Positions 28,701-38,400 of a stretch of 64,000 nucleotides of DNA are shown here, piece after piece. How positions within the stretch are numbered: the stretch's first letter is position 1; each line of letters begins with the position of its first letter. The stretch lies in assembly GCA_021613535.1 (NCBI GenBank), contig CP075493.1:186001-250000 (forward strand). The letters are read 5' to 3'. This stretch comes from Adineta vaga. Taxonomy: Eukaryota; Animalia; Rotifera. The position numbers were made by a program, and so were the translations under genes. A model generated the notes under the pieces. It was not told where the DNA came from, made no database searches, and saw nothing but the letters and a program-made list of their open reading frames with translations.

Positions 28701-31392
28701 AACTTTTGGTCTATGCTACTCTACATAGGTCTAATCTTTCGATCTGAGGGGGGGGAGATCATCTAAGTTCGCCTCCCGTATCCTTTCCCTATATATACGC
28801 ATGTTGTTTTCCTTTTTTGTGGGATCATTTCATTCTTCATATTGCAATAACCCTTTCGTTATATTTTTTTCTGCATTGAAAGGAAGTAAATTAATAAATT
28901 AGCATTTTTTAGAGACAGAGACTAGTGACTAATGGGGAAGCGGTCGAAAAAGTGCTCGGCCTCATTTTTTTTCAAAATCCTTAGTTCACCACTGATAGGA
29001 ATATATAAAAGTGACTCATGTGTTCTCACAAGTGATTTACTGAATGTAAGGTATATAGAACCTTCTTATACTTGAATCGAAATTTTAACCGCTAAAGTTT
29101 ATTAGTGACAAAACTTATAGAGAGTTAAAAGTCATACATCACACTTCTGTTTTCGAGACGATCTATATTTCGTCGTACACTAGTTTTTGCTGATGGGAAC
29201 AGGCGTAGCTTTTTTATACCATGATAACAAAATGGCTAAGTAAAAACGAAAGATCTACGGAACTATGTCGAATTTTTCTGGTTGCTTTCCAATAGACGAA
29301 GAAAAATACGATGCTTGTAATTAGGGGAGCATTTTCCATTTCAGTTTAATTAGAATTTTGTATAGTAAAATACAGCAGAACTGGTCGTAATGGTCGCTCA
29401 AAATGCTTATTGTCTTTGACAGCATTTATCTCTAACCTATCGGATATTTTGATGATATGCAAGCAAAAAAAAATAACGAAAGCTCACCACTGACGTAAAT
29501 CACACCAATATTATTATCATTTGTGATCAGTTGATTGTTACTATCAATTAGAAAGCATCGACGTCCTGGTAGCAGTCGGCCAATTGGTATACTCTCGTCA
29601 AGGAGTGTTTCATCGTCCAACAACAGCATATCAGGACTGACAGTGTATGCTGTAAGACCGCACCATTCAGCTGATCCATAGTGATTGATAATACGAGCTT
29701 TAGAAAAGTTCTTCTCCATTAGAAGTGCTAGAGTAGTCAACTGTCGTCGAATTAATAGTGCACCTTTTAACACAATTGAGTAAGATGACTATAGAAAGAA
29801 TATTTACAATATATTATTACCTCCCATAACAAACGCTCTTAGGTATCGGAAACAGGCCCCTTTCTCTTCATTGATTGTCACGTAATCAGTTAGCAGTCGT
29901 CTCGTTGTTGCCGAAACTATAAGTGCGGTAACTTGTTTCTCAGCCATGATCCTTGTTAAATAAGATATATCTAGCTGGCCACCTGATCGAATAAGAACAA
30001 GGGATGCACCTGTCGTAAGTGTATTGATGATTTCGAAATTATGTAGCGTCCATTGGAATGATGCTAGCTGGAGAATGTTGTCCGATGAAATGAATAAACC
30101 CCCTTCGGAAAGGGCACGCACATGATGCATCTCACTTCCGTGAGTGTGTTCGACTGTCTTAAATTTCCCCGTACTTCCAGATGTACAGACTACAAAGGCG
30201 CTCGTTTCTCTTGTGATATTGATGATGGAAAGATGAAGAAAGTCTTCGTCAGTAATACTTCGTTTATATTCTTGGTTCGTATTAGCTATCACGGTGGTTA
30301 TGTTGATTGGAATAAGAGAATTAGTTGTCGCTGAAAGACGCCGAATGCGTTCACAGGTGGCATCATGAACCATAATAACCACGGATGGATGAGCCTTTTG
30401 GGAAAAAAAACAAGATCATAGCAAAACTTTAGGTGCTCGTTTGCCTGAAGTCGTACTTTAACGAAGAACAACGAAATAGCAAACTATGCAGGATGGGTGA
30501 AAATATTTTACCGCGGGATAGTACTATGGCTTATTTGAAATGCCATGATTGGTGAATTTTATACTAAATGAAAGCTCGTGGAAAATGGGATTCAGGAGTA
30601 TGACTCGTCATTCATAAGATGAAAATAAGCTACAGAGTTACAGAATGTTTGAAATCTCAGAGATATAGCTGGGCACTTCATTATATGGTGCTTCGTTTTT
30701 GTATACTTTGGTACACTTTGCCCATGAAAACTCAGCGTAAAAATACATTTTGTTTTAGATTGTCGTTAGAAACACGGGTACTAAAATGCAGAGAACTGCA
30801 AATCTTCGTTAATCCTCTTAGCTCAGTGTATCAAACGGTCTAGATTTTCGTGTTAATTTGTTTTCTTTCTTTCGGTGCCTTTGAGAAATATTTTGTGGAT
30901 CTTTCGCAGAACCTAGTGTAGGGGATCATTTACTATATAGAACATCTTACTTAAGCATTTCAGAAATAAAAAATGATAGTAATATAGTAAAAAACGTCCC
31001 ATCGACCCTTTGCTCCGCTATGTGCAAAAGATTTTCCTTACTTGTACGGGGCTTTGCGTTGCTGTTCCATCAATGAGTGCCGAAAGTCGATCGTCGGGAT
31101 CATCAGGAGAGAGCGCCAGATAAATACCACCTATCGTAAAAACAGCAAACATTACTAAAGGCACCTCAATACTACGTTCCACTAGTTGATAGATAATCTC
31201 ATTGTTGATAGAAGAATCATCTCGCGACTCTAAGATTGCTAGAGCTATTTTCTGCACATGATAACCCATTTCAGCATACGTCAGACTCTGGTCATCCAGC
31301 TCTACTGAAATCTTTTGCGCATTGATTTTTGTTTGTTTGAAGAAATGACTATGAAGCAGATCGCTGTTGCTCAAGTTGTCCAAATAAACCAT
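4173..31392 (-). CDS. Non-ribosomal peptide synthetase, A-T-C architecture, at least 7 exons; 3' end not located
   Basis: Exons 31392-31042, 30394-29821, 29763-29488, 27811-27283, 22864-22587, 5104-4996 and 4748-4173. All junctions are GT-AG with matching phases (0,1,1,2,1,2) and give about 897 codons with no stop. Motifs: LTYAEM (A1), CTSGSTGKFK (A3), NHYGSAE (A5), RTGDLARY (A7), GKIDRK (A10), FTELGGSSV (PCP), VLRTSF and RHEAIDG (C). Confidence 0.88.
4996..5104 (-). CDS. NRPS exon 6 (start of C domain), absent from the ORF track
   Basis: Acceptor TTTTTAG|GT; PLSVPQ...ANMPFTYAISHG resembles the PLS..Q / YNMP start of C domains; donor TG|GTAAGT; phase-compatible on both sides. Confidence 0.78.
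5343..7965. mobile_element. Large foldback element, about 710-bp arms, right arm interrupted by a Helitron
   Basis: Left arm 5343-6050 is the reverse complement of 6127-6594 plus 7726-7965. Confidence 0.9.
6595..7725 (-). mobile_element. Non-autonomous Helitron
   Basis: On the minus strand it starts TC and ends CTAG, inserted between A and T with no TSD; the empty site is preserved in the other palindrome arm. (GACA)n near the 5' end; a second internal 5'-end copy near 7100. Confidence 0.85.
8283..8936. mobile_element. Foldback MITE with a nested CACT-terminated MITE (8309-8499)
   Basis: Diverged inverted arms GAAGAAATTCCGTAACGTTTT. The inner element is palindromic, CACT...AGTG, with a 2-bp TC duplication. 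Confidence 0.75.
9183..10499. mobile_element. Degenerate DNA transposon with GAATAGTT subterminal repeats
   Basis: Inverted termini sharing GAAAGTTGAATTCAA; tandem GAATAGTT/GAATACTC at 10398-10470. Confidence 0.5.
10506..11004. mobile_element. MITE
   Basis: Inverted termini TTATAAGGGAGATATATAAGCTAACATTCTAG. Confidence 0.8.
11640..14930 (+). mobile_element. Decayed RTE-clade non-LTR retrotransposon (APE endonuclease + RT)
   Basis: LKIGTWNVRT, CYAPT, MGDFN, GPDGI, HRTISL, GVRKGCILSPDLFNIYSE, RYSDD; many stops and frameshifts. Ends approximate. Confidence 0.92.
12177..12336. mobile_element. 160-bp Tc1/pogo-type MITE inserted in the LINE
   Basis: About 25-bp TIRs and TA duplication; removing it restores GVGIALDK. 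Confidence 0.8.
15141..16166. mobile_element. pogo/Tc1-type foldback element with TAATAACGACA repeats
   Basis: TA|CAGTACTTCTCCCTA ... TAGGGAGAAGTACGG|TA; about 220-bp internal inverted arms. Confidence 0.8.
17838..18080 (+). repeat. Array of about 8 copies of TCACAGACGTKACCGACA at 31-33 bp period
   Basis: Copies start at about 17838, 17871, 17902, 17933, 17965, 17998, 18031 and 18063, with variable linkers. Confidence 0.85.
18695..19327. mobile_element. Foldback MITE, about 245-bp arms
   Basis: 18695-18945 is the reverse complement of 19080-19327. Confidence 0.85.
20886..22131 (+). mobile_element. Mariner element, transposase inactivated by two nonsense codons
   Basis: TIRs TTGGGTTGTCAACAAAGTT / AACTTTGTTGACAATCTAA and TA TSD. 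ORF 21023-22060 has TGDEKW, HDNARPH and YSPDLAPTDY, with stops at 21377 and 22013 in place of Trp codons. Confidence 0.95.
22587..22864 (-). CDS. NRPS exon 5 (thiolation/PCP domain), absent from the ORF track
   Basis: Manual translation: SATTPEDEQLEHELRQIFVDAFSL...ASFTELGGSSVGVMKVIILIQQRFNVSIKAATLFDNPSVRSL. Acceptor TTCTAG|G and donor G|GTAATT. Confidence 0.88.
23690..26945 (+). mobile_element. Decayed RTE-like non-LTR retrotransposon
   Basis: IGT*NVRTL, VYGPT, KSPGNDGI, NYRTISL, RQGDLLSP, LRFADDIDL; many lesions; ends approximate. Confidence 0.9.
26518..26877. mobile_element. MITE inserted in the second LINE
   Basis: Inverted termini GCTAGCACCACGGAGCTAGCAC. Confidence 0.8.
27283..27811 (-). 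CDS. NRPS exon 4 (A7-A10 region)
   Basis: Acceptor TTTTTAAG|ATCCAG; AVFKGY, FMRTGDLARY, LPPFMVP, GKIDRK; donor GG|GTAAGT. Confidence 0.9.
29488..29763 (-). CDS. NRPS exon 3 (A5-A6 region)
   Basis: Follows a 57-nt intron; NHYGSAE and IPIGRLLPG; donor G|GTGAGC. Confidence 0.9.
29821..30394 (-). CDS. NRPS exon 2 (A3-A4 region)
   Basis: Acceptor TTTTTTCCCAAAAG|GCTCAT; AFVVCTSGSTGKFK; donor G|GTAATA. Confidence 0.9.
31042..31392 (-). CDS. NRPS exon 1 (A domain N-terminus)
   Basis: ORF 31018..31392 contains LDDQSLTYAEM and GGIYLALSPDDPDDRL. Donor CAA|GTAAGG at 31041. In-frame TGA just upstream of the ATG. Confidence 0.9.
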
Positions 31393-32395
31393 TCTTACTC
31401 CTCAAATCTAGAAAATGAAGTGCTTGAAAAAACTAAATTTTTTCGTTAATATTAGCATCAGGCATTGAACGCAAGTACTGTCGAAGTACTTGCGTCCAAT
31501 GTTTGATTAGCATTGTGCATGTAGCTGGTGAAACGAAAAAAGCAACTTTTCTTCCTAATCAAAGTAAGATTAATCAAAGTCGTATATATTTCAAATTTCC
31601 TTGTCGTTTATTATGGTTATCACGTTCTTCATGATTATTTATTTATTTCTAAAGTATTTCTCCTGATTCTTGTACACTATTAATGAGGATCTGATCGTTT
31701 TCATTTTTCAGCTCTTCTAAATATGAAAGCCAAAAAAACTGCAGTAAAAAATATGAAGGAATGTCTTCGAACGCATTATCATTTGTTGACCTAGACTACT
31801 TCCATTCCATATATCGTTAGTAGTGTTAGCAAAATCTATTTCGATTTGGTTGTTTGAGCTTTTCTTGTCGAATAATGGGTGGTTCACTTGATTTCAAGCC
31901 TATAGGTAGCATTGCCTGTAAAGCTGATGGTCAATTTCCAACCTGAAATATTGTCCCTGTAGACGTCTTTGAGTCAATAGAATAGTTGAGAAACTTTAAA
32001 TAAAATAAGCTGTCCGTTTTTTTAGATACAATCGAGACAAAAATTATTCGTACAACGTCTTTTTTGATCAAATGTACTCACATTGCGGACTTTTAAAGAT
32101 TCTGGGGATATGAAAAGAACAACCACGTCATCTAGTATTTACACCATGAAAACCAGCGCTGTTGAATGAGCCTATATTAAATGAAAGTTCAATCTTTGAA
32201 AATCATGCATGTTTTATTGGCAAAAATTATTCGTATAATGAACAAAAATGACTTTTGTTGTTTCAGAAACTTTGAAAATCCTCATAATAATGGCAAAAGC
32301 CGATCGAAATAAACTAATCATGCTTTTATGAAAAAATCTTCGAATCTTTTTCTACTGAGATGAACACTTCTCGAGGCAAAGATGCTATCTTTTTA

Positions 32396-33634
32396 TTAGG
32401 TTGGTAAGAAATTTTGTGCGTTTTTTTGGAATTTCCTACAACAATCGAGAAAGTTCTAGAAAGTTCCATATTAAAAGTTTATAAAGGGACTATGAGTGTC
32501 TTCCGAATGATAACAAAATCAAGAATATGGACGTCGATCTCGAAGTAGAAATAAATATATCTCGACGAGAGCTAAGAGTGCTTCTGCTTCACGAATTCTG
32601 TTTGGGTCGTAAAGCAACGGAAGCAACGAGCAACATATGCAGCACGATGGGCAAGGATGCAGTGTCCGTTCGTACAGCACAACATTGGTTCCATCGATTC
32701 AAGAATGGCAACTTCGAACTCGATGATTTACTTCATACCGGAAGACCACTGCAGGTGGATATGGATGGATTAAAGCAGCTTATCGAAGAACATCCTCGAT
32801 TGACAACACGATGTTTAGCAGAGCGACTCGCATGCTTCCATGTTACAGTGGAAACACATCTGCAGGAATTAGGCAAAACGTGGAAATATGGTGTTTGGAT
32901 ACTACATGAGTTGTCATCACATCAGCTTCAACATAGAGTTGACGCTTGTATGGAATTAATGACATCTCATCGCAACTACCAATGGCTTCACAATCTTATT
33001 ACTGGGGATGAGAAGTGGGTATTATATGTTAACCACACGCATAAGCGGCATTGGTTGGGAGCAGGAGAAACAGGTGTAGCAACGCCCAAAAGTGACCTTC
33101 ATCCAAAGAAGATTATGCTGAGTGTTTGGTGGGTTGTAAAAGGAATTATTCATTGGGAACTTCTTCCGTCTGGTTGCACAATCACTGCTGATATCTACTG
33201 TCAACAATTCAACCGAGTTGCAACAAAACTTCAGGGGAAGCAAGACAGAGTTTATTTTTTGCACGACAATGCCAGACCCCACATTGCAAAGTCAGCGCGT
33301 GAAAAATTATTGAAGCTCAGATGGGTTACGGTTCCACATCCGGCTTACACCCCAGACTTGGCTCCTACCGACTACCACTTGTTTCATTCTTTGTCGAATT
33401 ATTTACGCGAAAAAAAATCGACGACGAGAATGACCTAAAAATGGATCTGCTCAACTATTTTCGCCAAAAGTCCCAGGAGTTCTACGAACACGGGATCCTT
33501 TCTTTACCACAGCGTTGGCGACAGGTCATAGACAATAATGAAGCATATATCGTTGAAATTTAGTTGTATTTTTTAAGTTAAAAAATAAAAAGAAAAATTT
33601 CAAAAAAAACGCAAAAAATTTCTTACCAACCTAA
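32396..33634 (+). mobile_element. Mariner element with a frameshifted transposase
   Basis: TIRs TTAGGTTGGTAAGAAATTTT and TA TSD; ORF 32527-33563 with a frameshift in the A-run near 33410-33417; TGDEKW, HDNARPH, PDLAPTDY. Confidence 0.95.
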
Positions 33635-33819
33635 TACTTGAATACGTACATTGCAAAATGCAAATGTCTTATGAAAAGCACTTGCTTATGGAAATATCGA
33701 TTGCTCTCTGATCTACTTTATGACGCTATTAAGAAGTTTTTGCAAATTTTCGAAACAACAAATGTCGCGTTTCTCTATTATACGAAAAATTTTTTCCAAT
33801 AAATATACATGATTTTTAA

Positions 33820-35107
33820 GAGACAGTCCATGAGTTTCTCAAACATGACCATACTCTCACAATTTTTAACCTCCTATTTTTCGATTGCATCTTGAAGAGC
33901 AACACCAAAAACTACTATATCCAAATTTTTAGCTCATTTGAGCTTATTTTCGAAGCGTTATTAAGTACACACTGAACACTACTCACGAAAAACTCAAAAT
34001 TTTCATGTTTTTAATAGTTATTTAGTTTTTAAAATTTTTCTTCACTATACCCTGATACAATATACGAAAACCATATACCATTTTGTAGAGCAAGTTTCGC
34101 TCTACAAAACTTTTTATATGACTTCTCCCAAAACCTTAAAAAAATAGTACTTTTATGCGAAAATCTGTATTTTATGCGTCATTGTTTTTGTCGTATTTTT
34201 CAATGTGAATCATATTTCTCCACTGTTTACCAGCTACCCAGAATGATTTATACAGATTTCGATAGAGAAAATGAAGGGCTATCGAATGCATAAAAATGTT
34301 TACAGATTGAAGTTACTTCACTACCTCAAAAAAAGAAAGATAAATGATCTTAAAATTGAACAGTTTTTGTAAAGAAAGTAAGATATATGACGTTTTCAGC
34401 CATTGAACGTATTTAGCGTTTTTCTCAGCGAAACAGCGATCAGATCTAAACAATTTATATATATTCGTGATCAGCGTTTCATTCTCTATCAAACCATATA
34501 GAAATAAACGAGAGAAAAAATCCACTGGAATTTTGTATTGTTGGCACCTTACGAAAAAAGAGATTTTTTGAGGTAGTGAAGTATGTCGTGGAGCGAATAC
34601 GAAGGCTACTTGCTACTTCAATGTGTAAAACTTTTTATGCATTCGATAGCCCTTCCTTTTCTCTATCTAAATCAGTATAAATGATTCTGGGTAGCTGGTA
34701 AACAGTGAAGAAATATGATTCACATTGAAAAATACGACAAAAAAATGACGCATAAAATACAGATTTTCGTATAAAAGTATTATTTTTTTAAGGTTTTGGG
34801 AGAAGTCATATAAAGAGTTTTGTAGAGCGAAACTTGCTCTACAAAATGGTATATGATTTTTATATATTGGATCAGAGTATCGTGGAGAAAAATTTTAAAA
34901 ACTAAACATCTATTAAAAACATGAAATTTTCGAGTTTTTCGTGAGTAGTGTTCAGTGTGTACTTCATAACTCTTCGAAAATAAGCTCAGATGAGCTAAAA
35001 ATTTGGATATAGTAGTGTTTGATGATGCTCTTCAATATGCAATCGAAAAATAGGAGGTTAAAAATTGTGAGAGTATGGTCATGTTTGAGAAACTCATGGA
35101 CTGTCTC
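33820..35107. mobile_element. Foldback element with about 500-bp arms at a TTAA-like site (Kolobok-like termini)
   Basis: TTAA|GAGACAGTCC ... GGACTGTCTC|TTAG. Confidence 0.8.
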
Positions 35108-35448
35108 TTAGATGTAATACAGTGGCAGTTTATATAGTGTCTTCGAAAAATTGAATCCTTGAGCTTTAAGGAACTTTTTACAAAAAATAGTAATGACCCC
35201 ACCCTCAAACACTATTGTTTTGAGAACTATATATTTCAAGAATGAATCCTCGAACTGGATGGAAATATATCATGAATCGATACATCGTTGAGTTGTACTC
35301 CGAAAAAATTGAGCTCAAAAATATATTTCTTTGATATGTTTGAACAAGACTTGGTTACGTATATATTGATGACAGATGACAAGAGACTGTATTGTCTAAC
35401 AACTCGTCATCAGATTTTAATAAAACAATTACTTTAGAACCTCGTTAA

Positions 35449-38400
35449 ATGTTTTCTAGTTCATCAATCGTTGAGGAAAAAAACTACAACTCTTCGATGT
35501 TCGTTAGCGTCATGAAAGCTGATCTTACATATACTAAACCTTTGTCCCATTCTGAATCCGAAAAAATTGATATGACCAATCAAACAGTAGAAATCGACTC
35601 AAATGAACGCATCCGTCGATGTTTATGGTACAAAACTGTTGATATATGGACATTTTACAAATCCATGTACCCACATGTGTGTACACTCGGTGATCTTCTT
35701 CATCAAGGATTGATCGAGTCGAATGATGGACCGTGCATTGGTCGACTAGTTCTCGATCAGACAACTCCCACTACTGAAATTGAATGGTTTTCTTATTCAG
35801 AAATTATAGAACGTAGTCGCGTGATTGGTACTCATTTGTGGTCGTCGCTAAATCTAACTCCGATGGTTTCGAAAGTGGCCACTATTTCAACTAATCGTTT
35901 AGAATATACATGTCTCGAACATGCTTGCTACATGTATGGATTTATCGTCGTTGGATTACATTCTGCTTCTGACTCATCGACTATTCTTGATGTCTTAACA
36001 AGATCGGAGGCTTCGGTCTTAATTGTTGATAATTTAAAACGAATATCATCGATGATAGATGACATAAGGAAAAGGACGAATGTCGAAAAAATTATAACTA
36101 TAGATGGTGAAGAAGAATTAAATGGAAAAATTGAAACTATCCCGAATATATTGAAGAAAATGGGGAAAATCGTGAAACCATCACCAAAAATTGATCCCAA
36201 TAGCATCGCTATGTTTCTACTGACTAGTGGAACAACTGGTGAGATTACATACATATTAGCGTTCAATGTCGAATTCAGGCCAATCTGAAATCCGCCTGAG
36301 CTATTCATTGAATCCCATATTCCAATAGTCTAAACGTGGAATAATGATATCACCTGGGATAAAATTCGATTTAGTTTAGAAATCAACGTGGTTTTCTAAT
36401 TTCTTTTGATGGAATGTGTGAAGGTAAGAGTGTTCCACCTACGGATATCATTAGTATCAAAACTGCAATTAAACAGAAGCATATATTGAGGCACTCGAAA
36501 CATACGACAGGATTTTGAAAGAACAGATAAAAATAGCAATCGGCTCCAATTTAGATATTAATGATATCCGTAGGTGGAACACTCTTACCTTCACACATCC
36601 CATCAAAAGAAATTAGAAAACCACGTTGATTTCTAAACTAAATCGAATTTTATCCCAGGTGATATCATTATTCCACGTTTAGACTATTGGAATATGGGAT
36701 TCGATGAATAGCTCAGGCGGATTTCAGATTGACCTGAATCCGACACTGATCGCTAATATGTATATATATATATATATATGTGTTAACTATGTGATCTTGC
36801 TTTTAATTTTAAAAATAATATAAGAGAAAGTACACCATAGCAAGATAAAAAGGGCGGGGGGCGTTTCCATTGTATATTGACCTATGGACAAAAGTACGGT
36901 TAATTCTATCGAAATTTCCAGAAATTGAAGTCTATAGCTAGTAGCAACTCGTCAAAATTTCAGGTCGATCGGTTGAACTTTTCTCCTAAGATCACCGTCA
37001 CCAAAGTAAGGCCCATATATAGCTTAGATAAAAATCTTGTGGACGTTCGTTCTCTACGCTGTAAAAAATAAGAGCATAATACGAAATCCTTAAAGGGTTT
37101 TTGGAAGTGCAACGGATAATATACCCTTTTTAAGCGTTTTTGAAGTGATCAAAAACCCTTTGCAAAAACCTTCTAAAAATGGCAGGAAAGCGTTTTATAA
37201 AAGTTAAACAAGCTTTAAGCTGACCAGATCCGTAGGTTTCCAGTGGCTTCTCTCCAACCTTTTGTTTATTTCCTCTCCTGCAAGAGTTTCAGGTGGTATT
37301 CAATTCACTAGGTATCCATACCCACACTTACTTACATTGTTAAGCACATCTGTGCTAGCACACATCCCTCCTCGCATTTACTCGAAGTAAATCAGAGATT
37401 TGGAATATTTTTTGTTGTTGAAACCTCAACTAAAAGAAAAATAGGAATCAACTTCTGTGCCACAACTAAACAGAAGTCTGCTGTCATCTGTACTCTAAAT
37501 GGATAAGAAACTCGTGTCTCATAGCTTCATTAAAGTTAAATAAAATTTAATTTTCATTACTGTTTGGAATAAAAAGTTGAAATACCATAGTATATTCGAA
37601 CTAACCTAAAGCAAGTGTATCGATTTTCGAACTGAATGAAGAAAAGATTGTTTCTTACAAAAAGGATGAAGTATTCGAACTGAGCATCTATATCTCACAA
37701 TAAAAAGAGACCTGTTCTTCTTATCATAAAAGAAAAATGAAGAAACACTGATCAATACGCAAATATATCTACGAAAAAAGTGTCTCATCTCAGGAAATGT
37801 GTAAAAAAATTGTCTTGTTTCGTCTTAAAAGCTCACAGATTTTTAATTGGACGGAACCGAATGAAATGGAGAAAGTTTTTCGTGTGATCGAAGATACGAC
37901 TGAGCGATAGCATGCTGACAAGTTTATGATGTCTTGATCCGTATGACTCGAATATAGTCAATCTGTGTTTATCGGGCAGTTAACTTATTGAGTAGAAATT
38001 TTCTAGTTCAACCACGTCTTTGCTCCAGAAATTACCTATAAATAACTATTATTACAAGAAAATCACTTGAAAAATTCTGCACGTAGGTGGTACACGGTGT
38101 TTTTCATTTTCGATAACATCACAGCGCAGCGTTGTTCAGAAAAAGATAGGAAACACTTATTCGGAAAATAAAAGTTTATTTGTTAGAATCGTAGATTAAC
38201 ATACCCTTGATCGCAGAAAACAAAGCCCTATACGGACAACCGTAGAACAAAATACCGTTGTCCTCAGATCCCGAAACCCTATGTGCATCATCGCAGATCA
38301 AAATACCTTTGATCGTAGATTACGGAACCCTATGTGAACAATTTCAGATCAAGGCAATTTTATCCGTCGAACAAAAACTTCTGTCGCTGATTTTCAGGAT

